A DNA stretch of 62,635 bases. Source: a virus (Duplodnaviria > Caudoviricetes). The notes under the pieces are model-generated. The model was not told where the DNA came from and did no database searches. It saw only the letters and a program-made list of their open reading frames with translations. Location: positions 1 to 62,635 of the IMG/VR virus record IMGVR_UViG_3300048858_000128, one strand, 5' to 3'. The position numbers and the translations under genes are program-made. This document shows, one piece after another, positions 27,265 to 35,198 of the stretch. Every line of letters starts with the position of its first letter. Within the stretch, counting starts at the first letter, position 1.

Positions 27265-27356
27265 CGTGCGGGCTCCTTTGAAGAGCCGCACTGATGCGCG
27301 GTTAGACACCGGAATTTATAGGCTGACGGCGCGTGAAAGGGAAGCCAGAACCGGCG

Positions 27357-28415
27357 TTAACCCATGGTGTGCTGGGCGTCGTATCGATGGGCTGCCGGTT
27401 TGGGAGCCGAGACGTCAACGCCCGGGGCGTGGAAGGCATACGTGCCATCAGGCTGCATCCCGAAGGCGCGCGCCAGACGACGATTTACCAACACTCGGTT
27501 CCGTCTGAGCCGATTCACGAGCTCCGCTTCGCCGGGGAAACCCTGCGCAACGGGTGCAGGGGGACAACGGGCAAGATCCGCAGCAAGCGCCGATATGTCG
27601 TCCTGAAGCCCATCAAGGAAGCTGGCCGGCCTGAAAGACGAGCGATCGACGTTCGCAACCAGGTCGATCGCCTTCGTCCGATAATTCGCGACGAACGACA
27701 TTAGATCCTGATCGGAGAGCTCGAGCTCCGGGGAAGCCGGGTTGCACGAGATACCCAAAGCCCCGAGATCGCGCATGATCTTCGTTCTGTAAGACTGCGT
27801 GGGGAACTCGGAGAGCTTCTGGCGCAGGCCTTCCAGCCCGAGGAAAGGGATATGAAGCAGACCAAGGCCGCTATCGGTTCTCAACGGCCGGATCTGGACC
27901 AGCAAACTGTCCGCGAGCGGGTACTTGGCGTTGTGGTTGCCCATGACTGGCAGGATGTCCCGGAGATTCCGGAGATTATAGATCAGTTTGCGGGTGCTGC
28001 TGCGCCAGGTGGTGAAGAGGAGCTTCCCCTGCCCGTCCAACGGACCAGCAGATGGGGGGAAGCCATTGCGCCACCTCATGGAGGTGACGGCGGTACCGCG
28101 GTGCTGTTCCATGAATGCAGAGAGGTCTGCCTTGGCCTTGAAAGGCAGGAACTCGTCGGCATCGAGCAGGAACAGGAAGTCAAATTCCCGCTTAAGATCC
28201 AGCTTTTTGAGGAAGTATGCTGCATAGAGCTCTTGAGCAAAGAGGCCGGCAGAAACCCTGAAGACTTCGATACCGTCCCTGGCAAGGCCGCTCAACTGCC
28301 GGTCGCTGTTGTGGTCGATGATGATGATCTTGTCGACGAGCCGCTGGTGGTGAGCAATGAAAGCCGGAAGGTACCCGAATGAGTTCTTCACTTGGACTAC
28401 AACCACCGACCGCAT
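27357..28415 (-). CDS. Glycosyltransferase family 2-like protein (surface-modification moron)
   Basis: FIAHH...VDKIIIIDHNSD, LFLLDADEFL DxD motif, GNH, LLHIP; AT-rich upstream region. Confidence 0.85.
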   Translation of the reverse strand: MRSVVVVQVKNSFGYLPAFIAHHQRLVDKIIIIDHNSDRQLSGLARDGIEVFRVSAGLFAQELYAAYFLKKLDLKREFDFLFLLDADEFLPFKAKADLSAFMEQHRGTAVTSMRWRNGFPPSAGPLDGQGKLLFTTWRSSTRKLIYNLRNLRDILPVMGNHNAKYPLADSLLVQIRPLRTDSGLGLLHIPFLGLEGLRQKLSEFPTQSYRTKIMRDLGALGISCNPASPELELSDQDLMSFVANYRTKAIDLVANVDRSSFRPASFLDGLQDDISALAADLARCPPAPVAQGFPGEAELVNRLRRNRVLVNRRLARAFGMQPDGTYAFHAPGVDVSAPKPAAHRYDAQHTMG

Positions 28416-28658
28416 TTTATCGACCTTCTAAATCAGAAACCGCTGAAATTGCTAATGTATCCGACGTCAAAAAACTGTCAGAAACCACACCATACTGTAG
28501 AATAAGGCACCTCCAAAGCAATAATCGGTTGTACTTACTCACCTACTATTTATTGTAGTTTTCGCTCATCGAATGAGTCTCGGCGGGTGCGCCGGCCGAG
28601 ACCGAGGCCTCGAGGCTATAACTCTCACGCTGCCGTCTGGTTGCAGAGAGTACCGGAT

Positions 28659-28714
28659 AGGTTCAGCGGTTTTTGAGGTCGAAGTCTTTGCCAAGGCCAA
28701 TGATGACAGGCATG
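28659..28714 (-). pseudogene. Frameshifted relic of the giant gene's 5' end (direct repeat copy 2)
   Basis: Encodes MPVIIGLGKDFDLKNR* versus MPIIIGLGKDFDLKDPLNL; mostly synonymous changes plus a 1-nt deletion. Confidence 0.8.
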
Positions 28715-28758
28715 TCCGGTCACTTCTCTCAGGCTAAGAGCGCCCTATCATCATCTCC

Positions 28759-28995
28759 ATGACCGAGATCCCCGCCCCGACCGTCCCGCCCGACGACGAG
28801 AACCGCCACCTGTTCTGCCAGATGGCGATCGAGATCCCGCTGCAGGAGATAATCGCGGCGGCAGTGAATTCAGGATGGGAAGAGACCGAGGTGCTGACGG
28901 CGATCATCGAGGTGGCGGATAACCTCGTGCTGGCGCATGGATCTAACGCGGAGCTGGATGCTCTGATTAAGGCGCTGAGACGTAAACTCGACTAA
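28759..28995 (+). CDS. Hypothetical protein
   Basis: 78-aa helical ORF with normal codon usage. Confidence 0.65.
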   Translation: MTEIPAPTVPPDDENRHLFCQMAIEIPLQEIIAAAVNSGWEETEVLTAIIEVADNLVLAHGSNAELDALIKALRRKLD

Positions 28996-29024
28996 GAGGC
29001 ATGCCGGTAAAGACGGAAAGCGTT

Positions 29025-29390
29025 CTAAATCCATCGACGAGCGAGGCGCACTCCTTGCCTTAACATGCTCCACGTCAGGACCGCCGTTCCGAACACTAGA
29101 ACTGCTATGGGAATAAGCACCATTAGATTTAGCGGGTTCGCCATCAGGGTTGATCCAAAACCCAAAACTATCAAAGTGGCCAACAGCCAGAAATTGGAGA
29201 TCTCAAGAACTTCCCCGTACCAAGTACCTGGGTAACAACGGATGCCAAATTCTTCGTGGGTGCAGCCCGAGAAGTTCAACAATATCACCCACGCCAAAAC
29301 CGACACGACAAAGATGAGCCAGAACCACCCAGCCATTATCGCCGGGACATTCGTGACAATGAACCACGCGTACGCCCTGGCTTCCGACAT
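29025..29390 (-). CDS. Small membrane protein
   Basis: Three TM segments with a Cys-x7-Cys loop; low GC. Confidence 0.65.
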   Translation of the reverse strand: MSEARAYAWFIVTNVPAIMAGWFWLIFVVSVLAWVILLNFSGCTHEEFGIRCYPGTWYGEVLEISNFWLLATLIVLGFGSTLMANPLNLMVLIPIAVLVFGTAVLTWSMLRQGVRLARRWI

Positions 29391-29451
29391 CGCTCTTCCC
29401 TAGCATTGTTCCAGAACAAGTTGAACCACGGACGGGCGGCAGACAATAGCC

Positions 29452-29554
29452 AAAAAGACGCCCGCCGAAGCGGGCCGAGTCGAGGGACAGTCTGGAGTAG
29501 TCTGGAACGCAGCGGAGTGCGAGTGCTGATGGATGGAAGGGCCGCTGCGTCTGT
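29452..29554 (-). ncRNA. Candidate general-stress sRNA 1
   Basis: GGAAC-N17-GTT promoter at 29561-29585; 9-bp hairpin with C-rich loop; GCCCGC-TTCG-GCGGGC plus T5 terminator. Confidence 0.6.
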
Positions 29555-29687
29555 TGTTCGAACTGCGACTGATGACGAACGTTCCCGCGCCGCATGGCGA
29601 TATCCTCTCCGCCCCCTCATTTTTGCGAGGTTTCCTCGTACCCGGATAGGGATATACCTATGCGGGTGATTCTCCGAGGGAGACGGA

Positions 29688-29966
29688 ATGGAATTGGTTG
29701 TATTTGGGTATCAGATCGTACCGGGCCGCGACGAACCCCTGGCCTTCGCGGCTTCCCTTGAGGAATGCCAGCGCGAAGCCCTATACGAGCGTGAAGAGCT
29801 TCGGCGGAATGACCCGGATATCGAACCCCTGGGGGCCATGGCCATATATCGCTTCACTTTGGCTTGGCCCGATACCGACGGGCTACTTGCGGTCTTGAAC
29901 GAGAAGGCTTCGCTGCTCGATGCCATTGTTGTCGACCGTAAGCTTGTGGGTCTGGTGGCCGACTGA
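29688..29966 (+). CDS. Hypothetical protein
   Basis: GAGGGAG RBS; 92 aa. Confidence 0.6.
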   Translation: MELVVFGYQIVPGRDEPLAFAASLEECQREALYEREELRRNDPDIEPLGAMAIYRFTLAWPDTDGLLAVLNEKASLLDAIVVDRKLVGLVAD

Positions 29967-29994
29967 ACGCCGAAAGTTCGTTTTCGCCCCGAGA

Positions 29995-30306
29995 TCACAT
30001 TGGATCAAGCCAGTTCGACAGGAGCACAGGTAGAATTAGTACCATCCCCGCCGGCGACATCATTCCCAGGAGGAGGAAAAAAGCCAGCGACGCAACACCC
30101 CAACACCACCAGAAGATACGAAATCTCCCTGTCGCGAGCCCCCCTGCGCATACCGCCAATGTGAGCAAGAAGAGGGTTAGATTAACTGCAAACCCTTCGA
30201 CCCCCAACACCAGCAGGACATGAGGAATGATGGTCAGAAATATGGCTGTCGCAACAAGAACTGGCGCCTTCGCAGACAATTTCTGCTTCACATTGTCTTC
30301 GGGCAT
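29995..30306 (-). CDS. Small membrane protein
   Basis: Start MPEDN with GAGGA RBS; three to four hydrophobic segments. Confidence 0.6.
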   Translation of the reverse strand: MPEDNVKQKLSAKAPVLVATAIFLTIIPHVLLVLGVEGFAVNLTLFLLTLAVCAGGLATGRFRIFWWCWGVASLAFFLLLGMMSPAGMVLILPVLLSNWLDPM

Positions 30307-30328
30307 GGCCGTGGCGTCATCCTCACTC

Positions 30329-30425
30329 AAAAAGAAGCCCGCCAAAGCGGGCGAGTTTGTTGAACAAAGAAGGCCGACGGGGAACAGGCGGTGGGAACCG
30401 CGCTGCAATCAACCTCCGCGTTCAG
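30329..30425 (-). ncRNA. Candidate general-stress sRNA 2 (or ligD 3' region)
   Basis: GCAAC-N17-GTT at 30432-30456; C-rich body; GCCCGC-TTTG-GCGGGC plus T5 terminator. Confidence 0.45.
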
Positions 30426-30481
30426 TCCTCAAACTACAGCAATTAACGGAAGTTGCGAGTGGCGGGGAATTTTTCCACAAC

Positions 30482-31522
30482 CTAATCAGGCAGTCGGTAG
30501 ATCTCCGAGGTGTCATCGGGATCGCGCAGCCCCTTGAACGACGGATGCCGCAGCTTCCCATCATTCGTCCAAGCCCGATACTCGACCTCGGCAACCAACC
30601 CAGGGGCCGTCAGCACGAGGTTCTTCCCCGGCACCTTCACAGGCGGCACTTTCGTCTTGAGCTTGTCGAGCTGCTTCTTCAGCGACCGGGCCACATCGTG
30701 TTTGAACCCGGTCCCGACACTGCCAACGTATTTGTACCCGTCCCGGTACCGCGCACCGAGGAGGAGGCTCGCGATGGCGCCGGGAAGCGCCGTCGACGGC
30801 TCATAACCGATGATGGCGAAGTTGTCGCTCTGGATGCACTTGATCTTCAGCCAGTCCCCCGTCCGCCCGGAACGGTACGGCCGGTCGCGATGCTTGGCGA
30901 TGATGCCTTCCAGGCCAAGCCGGCAGGCGTGCACGAGGAAATCACCCGGGTCTGCTTCGAGCTCTTCCGAGATCCTGATCGCCCCGCCCTGCTCGTCAAG
31001 TGTATCCTCAAGAAGGTGCCGGCGAGCCTCATATTCCAGCCCGCGCAGATCGTGCCCGTCCAAATAGAGCAGATCGAAGGCGTAGAGGATGGAGTTCCGT
31101 GACGGCAGCTTGCCGCCGGCCTTGCCGGAGGCGCCTAGGGAGTTCTGCAGCAGGCCGAAGTCCGATCGCCCCTGCTCGTCGAGCACCACTGCCTCGCCAT
31201 CGAGGATCATGGTGGTAGGGCCGAGAGCCTTCGCAGCATCGGCGATGGCTGGGAACCGGTGCGTCCAGTCATGGCCGCCGCGGGTGATGATGCGGACGCC
31301 GCCGGGCTCGATATGCACAGCCAGGCGGTAGCCGTCCCACTTGATTTCGTAGGACCATTCATCGCCGTGGGGCGGCTTGCTCTTCAGGAGAGCCAGGCAA
31401 GGCTCGACCCGATCGGGCATGGGATCGAAAGGAAGATGCGGCTGCTTCGGATCGCGCCGCTTGACCGGCCGGCTTTGCAGCGGCGCAGTTCCCCCGTGCA
31501 AAAGCGGCTTGGCTCGCCTCAC
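30482..31522 (-). CDS. ligD: ATP-dependent DNA ligase, LigD ligase domain (NHEJ type)
   Basis: EIKWDGYR, ILDGE, AFDLL, EGIIAK, YRSGR..DWLKIK, LRHPSFKGLR. Confidence 0.92.
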   Translation of the reverse strand: MRRAKPLLHGGTAPLQSRPVKRRDPKQPHLPFDPMPDRVEPCLALLKSKPPHGDEWSYEIKWDGYRLAVHIEPGGVRIITRGGHDWTHRFPAIADAAKALGPTTMILDGEAVVLDEQGRSDFGLLQNSLGASGKAGGKLPSRNSILYAFDLLYLDGHDLRGLEYEARRHLLEDTLDEQGGAIRISEELEADPGDFLVHACRLGLEGIIAKHRDRPYRSGRTGDWLKIKCIQSDNFAIIGYEPSTALPGAIASLLLGARYRDGYKYVGSVGTGFKHDVARSLKKQLDKLKTKVPPVKVPGKNLVLTAPGLVAEVEYRAWTNDGKLRHPSFKGLRDPDDTSEIYRLPD

Positions 31523-31815
31523 GATGACATGCGACGGTGGAAGCCGTCCAGAAGTTCCACGGCCCGATACAGCACTTCACCGGAAGACGGTGAATAGTCC
31601 GCCGCGATTTCCTGATGCTCCCGGTCGATCTTTTCCGCCAAACGTTCAATGTCCTTGGCGGCTTTGTCGTGGACCGCGCGCCAGATCAAGGCCGTGTAAT
31701 GTAGGCTTCCGGCGACCCGGACTAGGACCCGATCGCGCTGTTCGACAGTCAGTTCTGAAAAAGCCGAATCACCTTTCGCGATCAACTCGGCTTTTGTGCT
31801 TATCTCACCAGCCAT
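31519..31815 (-). CDS. Hypothetical protein upstream of ligD
   Basis: Start MAGEIST with GGAG RBS; overlaps the ligD start. Confidence 0.65.
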   Translation of the reverse strand: MAGEISTKAELIAKGDSAFSELTVEQRDRVLVRVAGSLHYTALIWRAVHDKAAKDIERLAEKIDREHQEIAADYSPSSGEVLYRAVELLDGFHRRMSS

Positions 31816-31849
31816 ATGCAAAACTCCTTGATTGAGTGATTCGCGACTC

Positions 31850-31874
31850 AATCGAGAAACGGCGCGATAGTTCC
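31850..31874 (-). promoter_or_regulatory. EcfG/RpoE2-type promoter for the ligD operon
   Basis: GGAAC-N17-ATT. Confidence 0.55.
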
Positions 31875-31896
31875 GAGGGGCGACTGAACAACCCCG

Positions 31897-31930
31897 TTGA
31901 CTCTGCAGCTGACCAGAACATAATTAGAAC
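31897..31930 (+). promoter_or_regulatory. LexA-repressed sigma70 promoter (alphaproteobacterial SOS box)
   Basis: GAAC-ATAATTA-GAAC (31916-31930) overlapping -10 CATAAT; -35 TTGACT at 31897. Confidence 0.85.
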
Positions 31931-32007
31931 GTTGGACCGCGACCAAGGCGGTTTATCCACAATCGATCCGCAGCCTTATGAACACGCTCCGGCGTGAAGG
32001 AGAAGTC

Positions 32008-32352
32008 ATGTCTAAGGGCGACAATGGCCTGAGGCATCTGGGGGAGCCCATCTGCGCCAAGTGCGGCGGCGGGCTGATCTATGAAGGCGACGCGCCGGCC
32101 CCAGACGACATCATCGAGTGCGAGAACGCGAAGTGCGGGCGCAAAGGCACCTATGCCGAGGTGACGGCCGACTGCGAAGCGATCTACGCGCAGTTCCAGG
32201 ATTGGTATCTTCAGCAATCCGCTCTGGGCGGGCCGACAATGAAGGAGATCCGAAGATGGAAGCCCAAGGGCAAGCGCAAGTTCACGATGAAAATCGTGGG
32301 CGCTGGTAAGGCCGGTGACCTCAAGCGGGATTTCAAAGCAATCGAGCTGTGA
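32008..32352 (+). CDS. Zinc-finger hypothetical protein (SOS operon gene 1)
   Basis: AAGGAG RBS; CAKC...CENAKC. Confidence 0.7.
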   Translation: MSKGDNGLRHLGEPICAKCGGGLIYEGDAPAPDDIIECENAKCGRKGTYAEVTADCEAIYAQFQDWYLQQSALGGPTMKEIRRWKPKGKRKFTMKIVGAGKAGDLKRDFKAIEL

Positions 32353-32651
32353 CATCTGCTTGGAAGAGGAAATACCGTTGGGTGCGGACGTGGCCAGGCG
32401 AAACGGGCCTAAATGGTAAGCTTCATGAGGACTATGTCGGCTTTGACGGGAAAACGTATATCGGGAGGATCTATCTCGACCAGCAGACCCTGAAGGCCGG
32501 GAAGTGGCGCTGGGCAGGTGGAATGCCGGAGAAGTGCCGCATGATGATGATGCCGAATAGCGGATGGCTTCCGACGGCTGCCGAGGCGGCGAAACAGGTC
32601 GAGGACTATTGGGATGCTATGCTTGCAAACATCGGGATACACAAGAAATGA
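32349..32651 (+). CDS. Hypothetical protein (SOS operon gene 2)
   Basis: GTGA overlap; Trp-rich YRWVRTWPG...IGRIY...WRW. Confidence 0.75.
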   Translation: MTSAWKRKYRWVRTWPGETGLNGKLHEDYVGFDGKTYIGRIYLDQQTLKAGKWRWAGGMPEKCRMMMMPNSGWLPTAAEAAKQVEDYWDAMLANIGIHKK

Positions 32652-32836
32652 GCGATGAACGCACTGCCACTCACCCCGCTGCGCCGGTGCATTTCGAGCA
32701 TTGGTGCGAGCATCCTGGCTGCAAAGAGTGGGGCGGGTTCGGCTTTGAGCGCGACAAGAGCAAAACGGATTGGTTTTGTTTCGAACATCGGCCGGCCCGC
32801 TACAGGGGTCTTACCTTTGGAGGAACCGACCAATAA
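32648..32836 (+). CDS. Small Cys/His protein (SOS operon gene 3)
   Basis: ATGA overlap; HWCEHPGCKEWG...WFCFEH. Confidence 0.7.
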   Translation: MSDERTATHPAAPVHFEHWCEHPGCKEWGGFGFERDKSKTDWFCFEHRPARYRGLTFGGTDQ

Positions 32837-32991
32837 ATGCAAAAAAGCCCCGCCGCTCTGTTTGGGCCGCGAGGCTTGAGGTCCGCCATCGATTGTGCAG
32901 TGACAAGCTACCACAACCCATCGGTTGGGAAAAGCCAAAAATTACCTGGGCATTCTGGCAAGCAGTCTCGCGATAACGTGGGCCGCTGACG

Positions 32992-33738
32992 TCAGGCGGG
33001 AAACGCCACAACCTTCGAAGGTGAGGAATCGATCCCGCCCATCAGCATGCGGTATTCCGCCTCCGGCCTGCCATACGCGTCATGCGCGAACTCTTCGAGC
33101 GCCGCCCTATCTCGGACGATGACCCTCCCTCGTACGGAGCGGATCAAGCCATTTCCCTCAAGCACGTGAAGTGAACTGGTGACACTTGGCCGACGCACGG
33201 ACAACATGATCGATATGTAGTCGTGAGTGAGCTCGATCTCGTCTCCGTCTATTCGATCGTGGCACATCAGAATCCAGCGCGCCAAGCGTTCGTCCACGTG
33301 GTGGACCGCATTTGACAAGCCGGTAAAGGAAACCTGGGTTGCAAGAGTCTGTGCATACCGCATCATGAGATTGGCGAGCGCCGGATTAGCATCCATCGCG
33401 GCTTCGAACAAAGCGATGCCGATACGGTGGCCGCGGCCGGAGACTTGCATGACGATCTCATGGCCTTGGGTTGACGGGCCGACAAGGGCCTGAACCGGCG
33501 CAAACCCGTCACGGCCAAACAAACCTGCCTCGACCTTGTTACCCTCCGGTGAGACCGCAATCACGGAGCCAATCCCAGACTCAGGAAAGTACACATGCTT
33601 GATCGGAGCGTCCAACCGGGCGAGTGAAAACGTCCTTGGGAGCTCCACGCGCTCCAGTCCGGCGAAGAACTGCAGATCTTCATCTGTCATCAGAGACAGG
33701 AGGCGGTTGTGAAGGGACGACTTATGTGGGGCGGGCAT
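32992..33738 (-). CDS. Crp/Fnr-family transcriptional regulator
   Basis: NRLL, VYFPESG, ERLARWILMCHDR, LTHDYISIMLSVRRPSVT HTH. Confidence 0.92.
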   Translation of the reverse strand: MPAPHKSSLHNRLLSLMTDEDLQFFAGLERVELPRTFSLARLDAPIKHVYFPESGIGSVIAVSPEGNKVEAGLFGRDGFAPVQALVGPSTQGHEIVMQVSGRGHRIGIALFEAAMDANPALANLMMRYAQTLATQVSFTGLSNAVHHVDERLARWILMCHDRIDGDEIELTHDYISIMLSVRRPSVTSSLHVLEGNGLIRSVRGRVIVRDRAALEEFAHDAYGRPEAEYRMLMGGIDSSPSKVVAFPA

Positions 33739-33898
33739 AGCTCTCTCCTCTATGGGGCAAGAGCGATGAATGTTCTCCTAGCCGTCCGCGCCCGAAGAAA
33801 CTGCAAAACGATAATGTACTATAACCGCTGATAGTGGCCTCGATGTGTTCAGGCCCGGTTCAGAAACCGCTTTAACGGGAGCAGGCTTTCCAGGCGCG

Positions 33899-34027
33899 TT
33901 ACCAGCCGATCGCTACCAGGATGAGGGCGAGTGTTTCTTGGTGGCCGAAGACGAGAACGGCCGTGAGCAAGGCGATCGCGACGAGCGCCGCGATCACAGC
34001 GCAGCTGAAGCGGAGCACGTCCGTCAT
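33899..34027 (-). CDS. 42-aa membrane peptide
   Basis: MTDVLRFSCAVIAALVAIALL..., start overlaps the upstream stop. Confidence 0.5.
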   Translation of the reverse strand: MTDVLRFSCAVIAALVAIALLTAVLVFGHQETLALILVAIGW

Positions 34028-34269
34028 CAGTCTTCTTCCTTGCGCTCGTAGTAGCGCATGAAGTCCGTGATCGCATTGAACGGATGCTTGCGCATCCCGC
34101 CGTACTTCGGAGCCATCGCTTTGCCGAATGGCTCAAGATCGATGGTTTCATCCCTCACGTGTTTGGCGAAAGCGAACCAGAATTTGGCAAATTGCTCCGG
34201 ATCTTCAGCGAGAGCCTTCGCCAAGTCATCGGGACTGACATCAAGGTCAATACGGACGGTGGCCTTCAC
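34027..34269 (-). CDS. Hypothetical protein
   Basis: Coupled ORF. Confidence 0.6.
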   Translation of the reverse strand: MKATVRIDLDVSPDDLAKALAEDPEQFAKFWFAFAKHVRDETIDLEPFGKAMAPKYGGMRKHPFNAITDFMRYYERKEED

Positions 34270-34475
34270 GCCTGCGCCTCCGCAACGCCTTCCTTCAGCA
34301 GCTCGTCGGGCTGAACCTCGTGGATCAGGAGATCCTGCCCGCTGTGGACGTAGAAGGTGTTCTCCCGGTTCTTCTCGACGCGATGGACCGTGCCGAGCTC
34401 GCCGGTTACGGGATTGACCGGCGTCACATCGACGGGCCAGCCATGGTTTGCTGCTACTTTGACTGTGGTGGTCAT
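34266..34475 (-). CDS. Hypothetical protein
   Basis: GAGGA RBS; MTTTVKV.ANHGWPV. Confidence 0.7.
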   Translation of the reverse strand: MTTTVKVAANHGWPVDVTPVNPVTGELGTVHRVEKNRENTFYVHSGQDLLIHEVQPDELLKEGVAEAQA

Positions 34476-34492
34476 TTTCAGATCCTCAATGA

Positions 34493-34520
34493 AAAATGCC
34501 CGCCGGACGGATCCAGCGGG
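34493..34520 (-). terminator. Rho-independent terminator
   Basis: GCCCGCTGGA-loop-TCCGGCGGGC followed by ATTTTT on the - strand. Confidence 0.6.
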
Positions 34521-34547
34521 CGCCCTTGGGAGGGGATTATTACCGGC

Positions 34548-34871
34548 TTAGCAGCGCCGCCTGACGTCGATGAAACTGAGGCCGTGGGTGTCGTAGCTCT
34601 CGGCGTATTTCGGGGCAAAGCTGCCGAACGTTCGCGAACTGATCGGCCGCGTGTCGTCCGCCTGGGCGCGGTGAACGATGGCGATGTGCTGTTCGTGACC
34701 GACCGCATCGACGAGGAAGCCGACGTCGATCGGCGAGAGATACGCCGGCTCCATCACCGCATAAGGATTGATCTCGAGGCGGGCGACGGCGGACGCCGGC
34801 ATGATGGTGAAGGCGAGTGTGCAGGCTAGGAAACCTAGACTGAGGCAGAGAATGCGGGGAAATCGGACCAT
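34548..34871 (-). CDS. Hypothetical protein with signal-peptide-like N-terminus
   Basis: Hydrophobic N-terminus ending PASA. Confidence 0.5.
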   Translation of the reverse strand: MVRFPRILCLSLGFLACTLAFTIMPASAVARLEINPYAVMEPAYLSPIDVGFLVDAVGHEQHIAIVHRAQADDTRPISSRTFGSFAPKYAESYDTHGLSFIDVRRRC

Positions 34872-34977
34872 GAACGTGCCTTTTGGATGGGTGGGGCGCC
34901 GTGGCAGTCACGCACTCGACTGCATCTGCTAATTCGCACACGGCGCCCCTTGCTCTCGGGGTGTTATGGGGCTCGAC

Positions 34978-35054
34978 TGGTTGCGCTGGCAGGATTCGAA
35001 CCTGCGACCTTCAGGTTATGAGCCTATCGAGCTACCGGGCTGCTCCACAGCGCT
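34978..35054 (-). tRNA. tRNA-Met(CAT), initiator type
   Basis: 77-nt cloverleaf AGCGCTG...CTCATAA...GGTTCGAATCC...ACCA; 1:72 mismatch and A11-U24 pair typical of fMet. Confidence 0.9.
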
Positions 35055-35198
35055 TCTCAGTCGTCATGGTCGAGGTGATGGGGTCGTAGCGCGTTTGTCA
35101 ACGGGCGCTGCGTTCTTCCACCGCGTGACGCGGCGGGCTGAAAATCCGAGCACTAATGCGCTCGTAGTCTTGGGGAAATAGTTAGGCGCGACGCGAGG

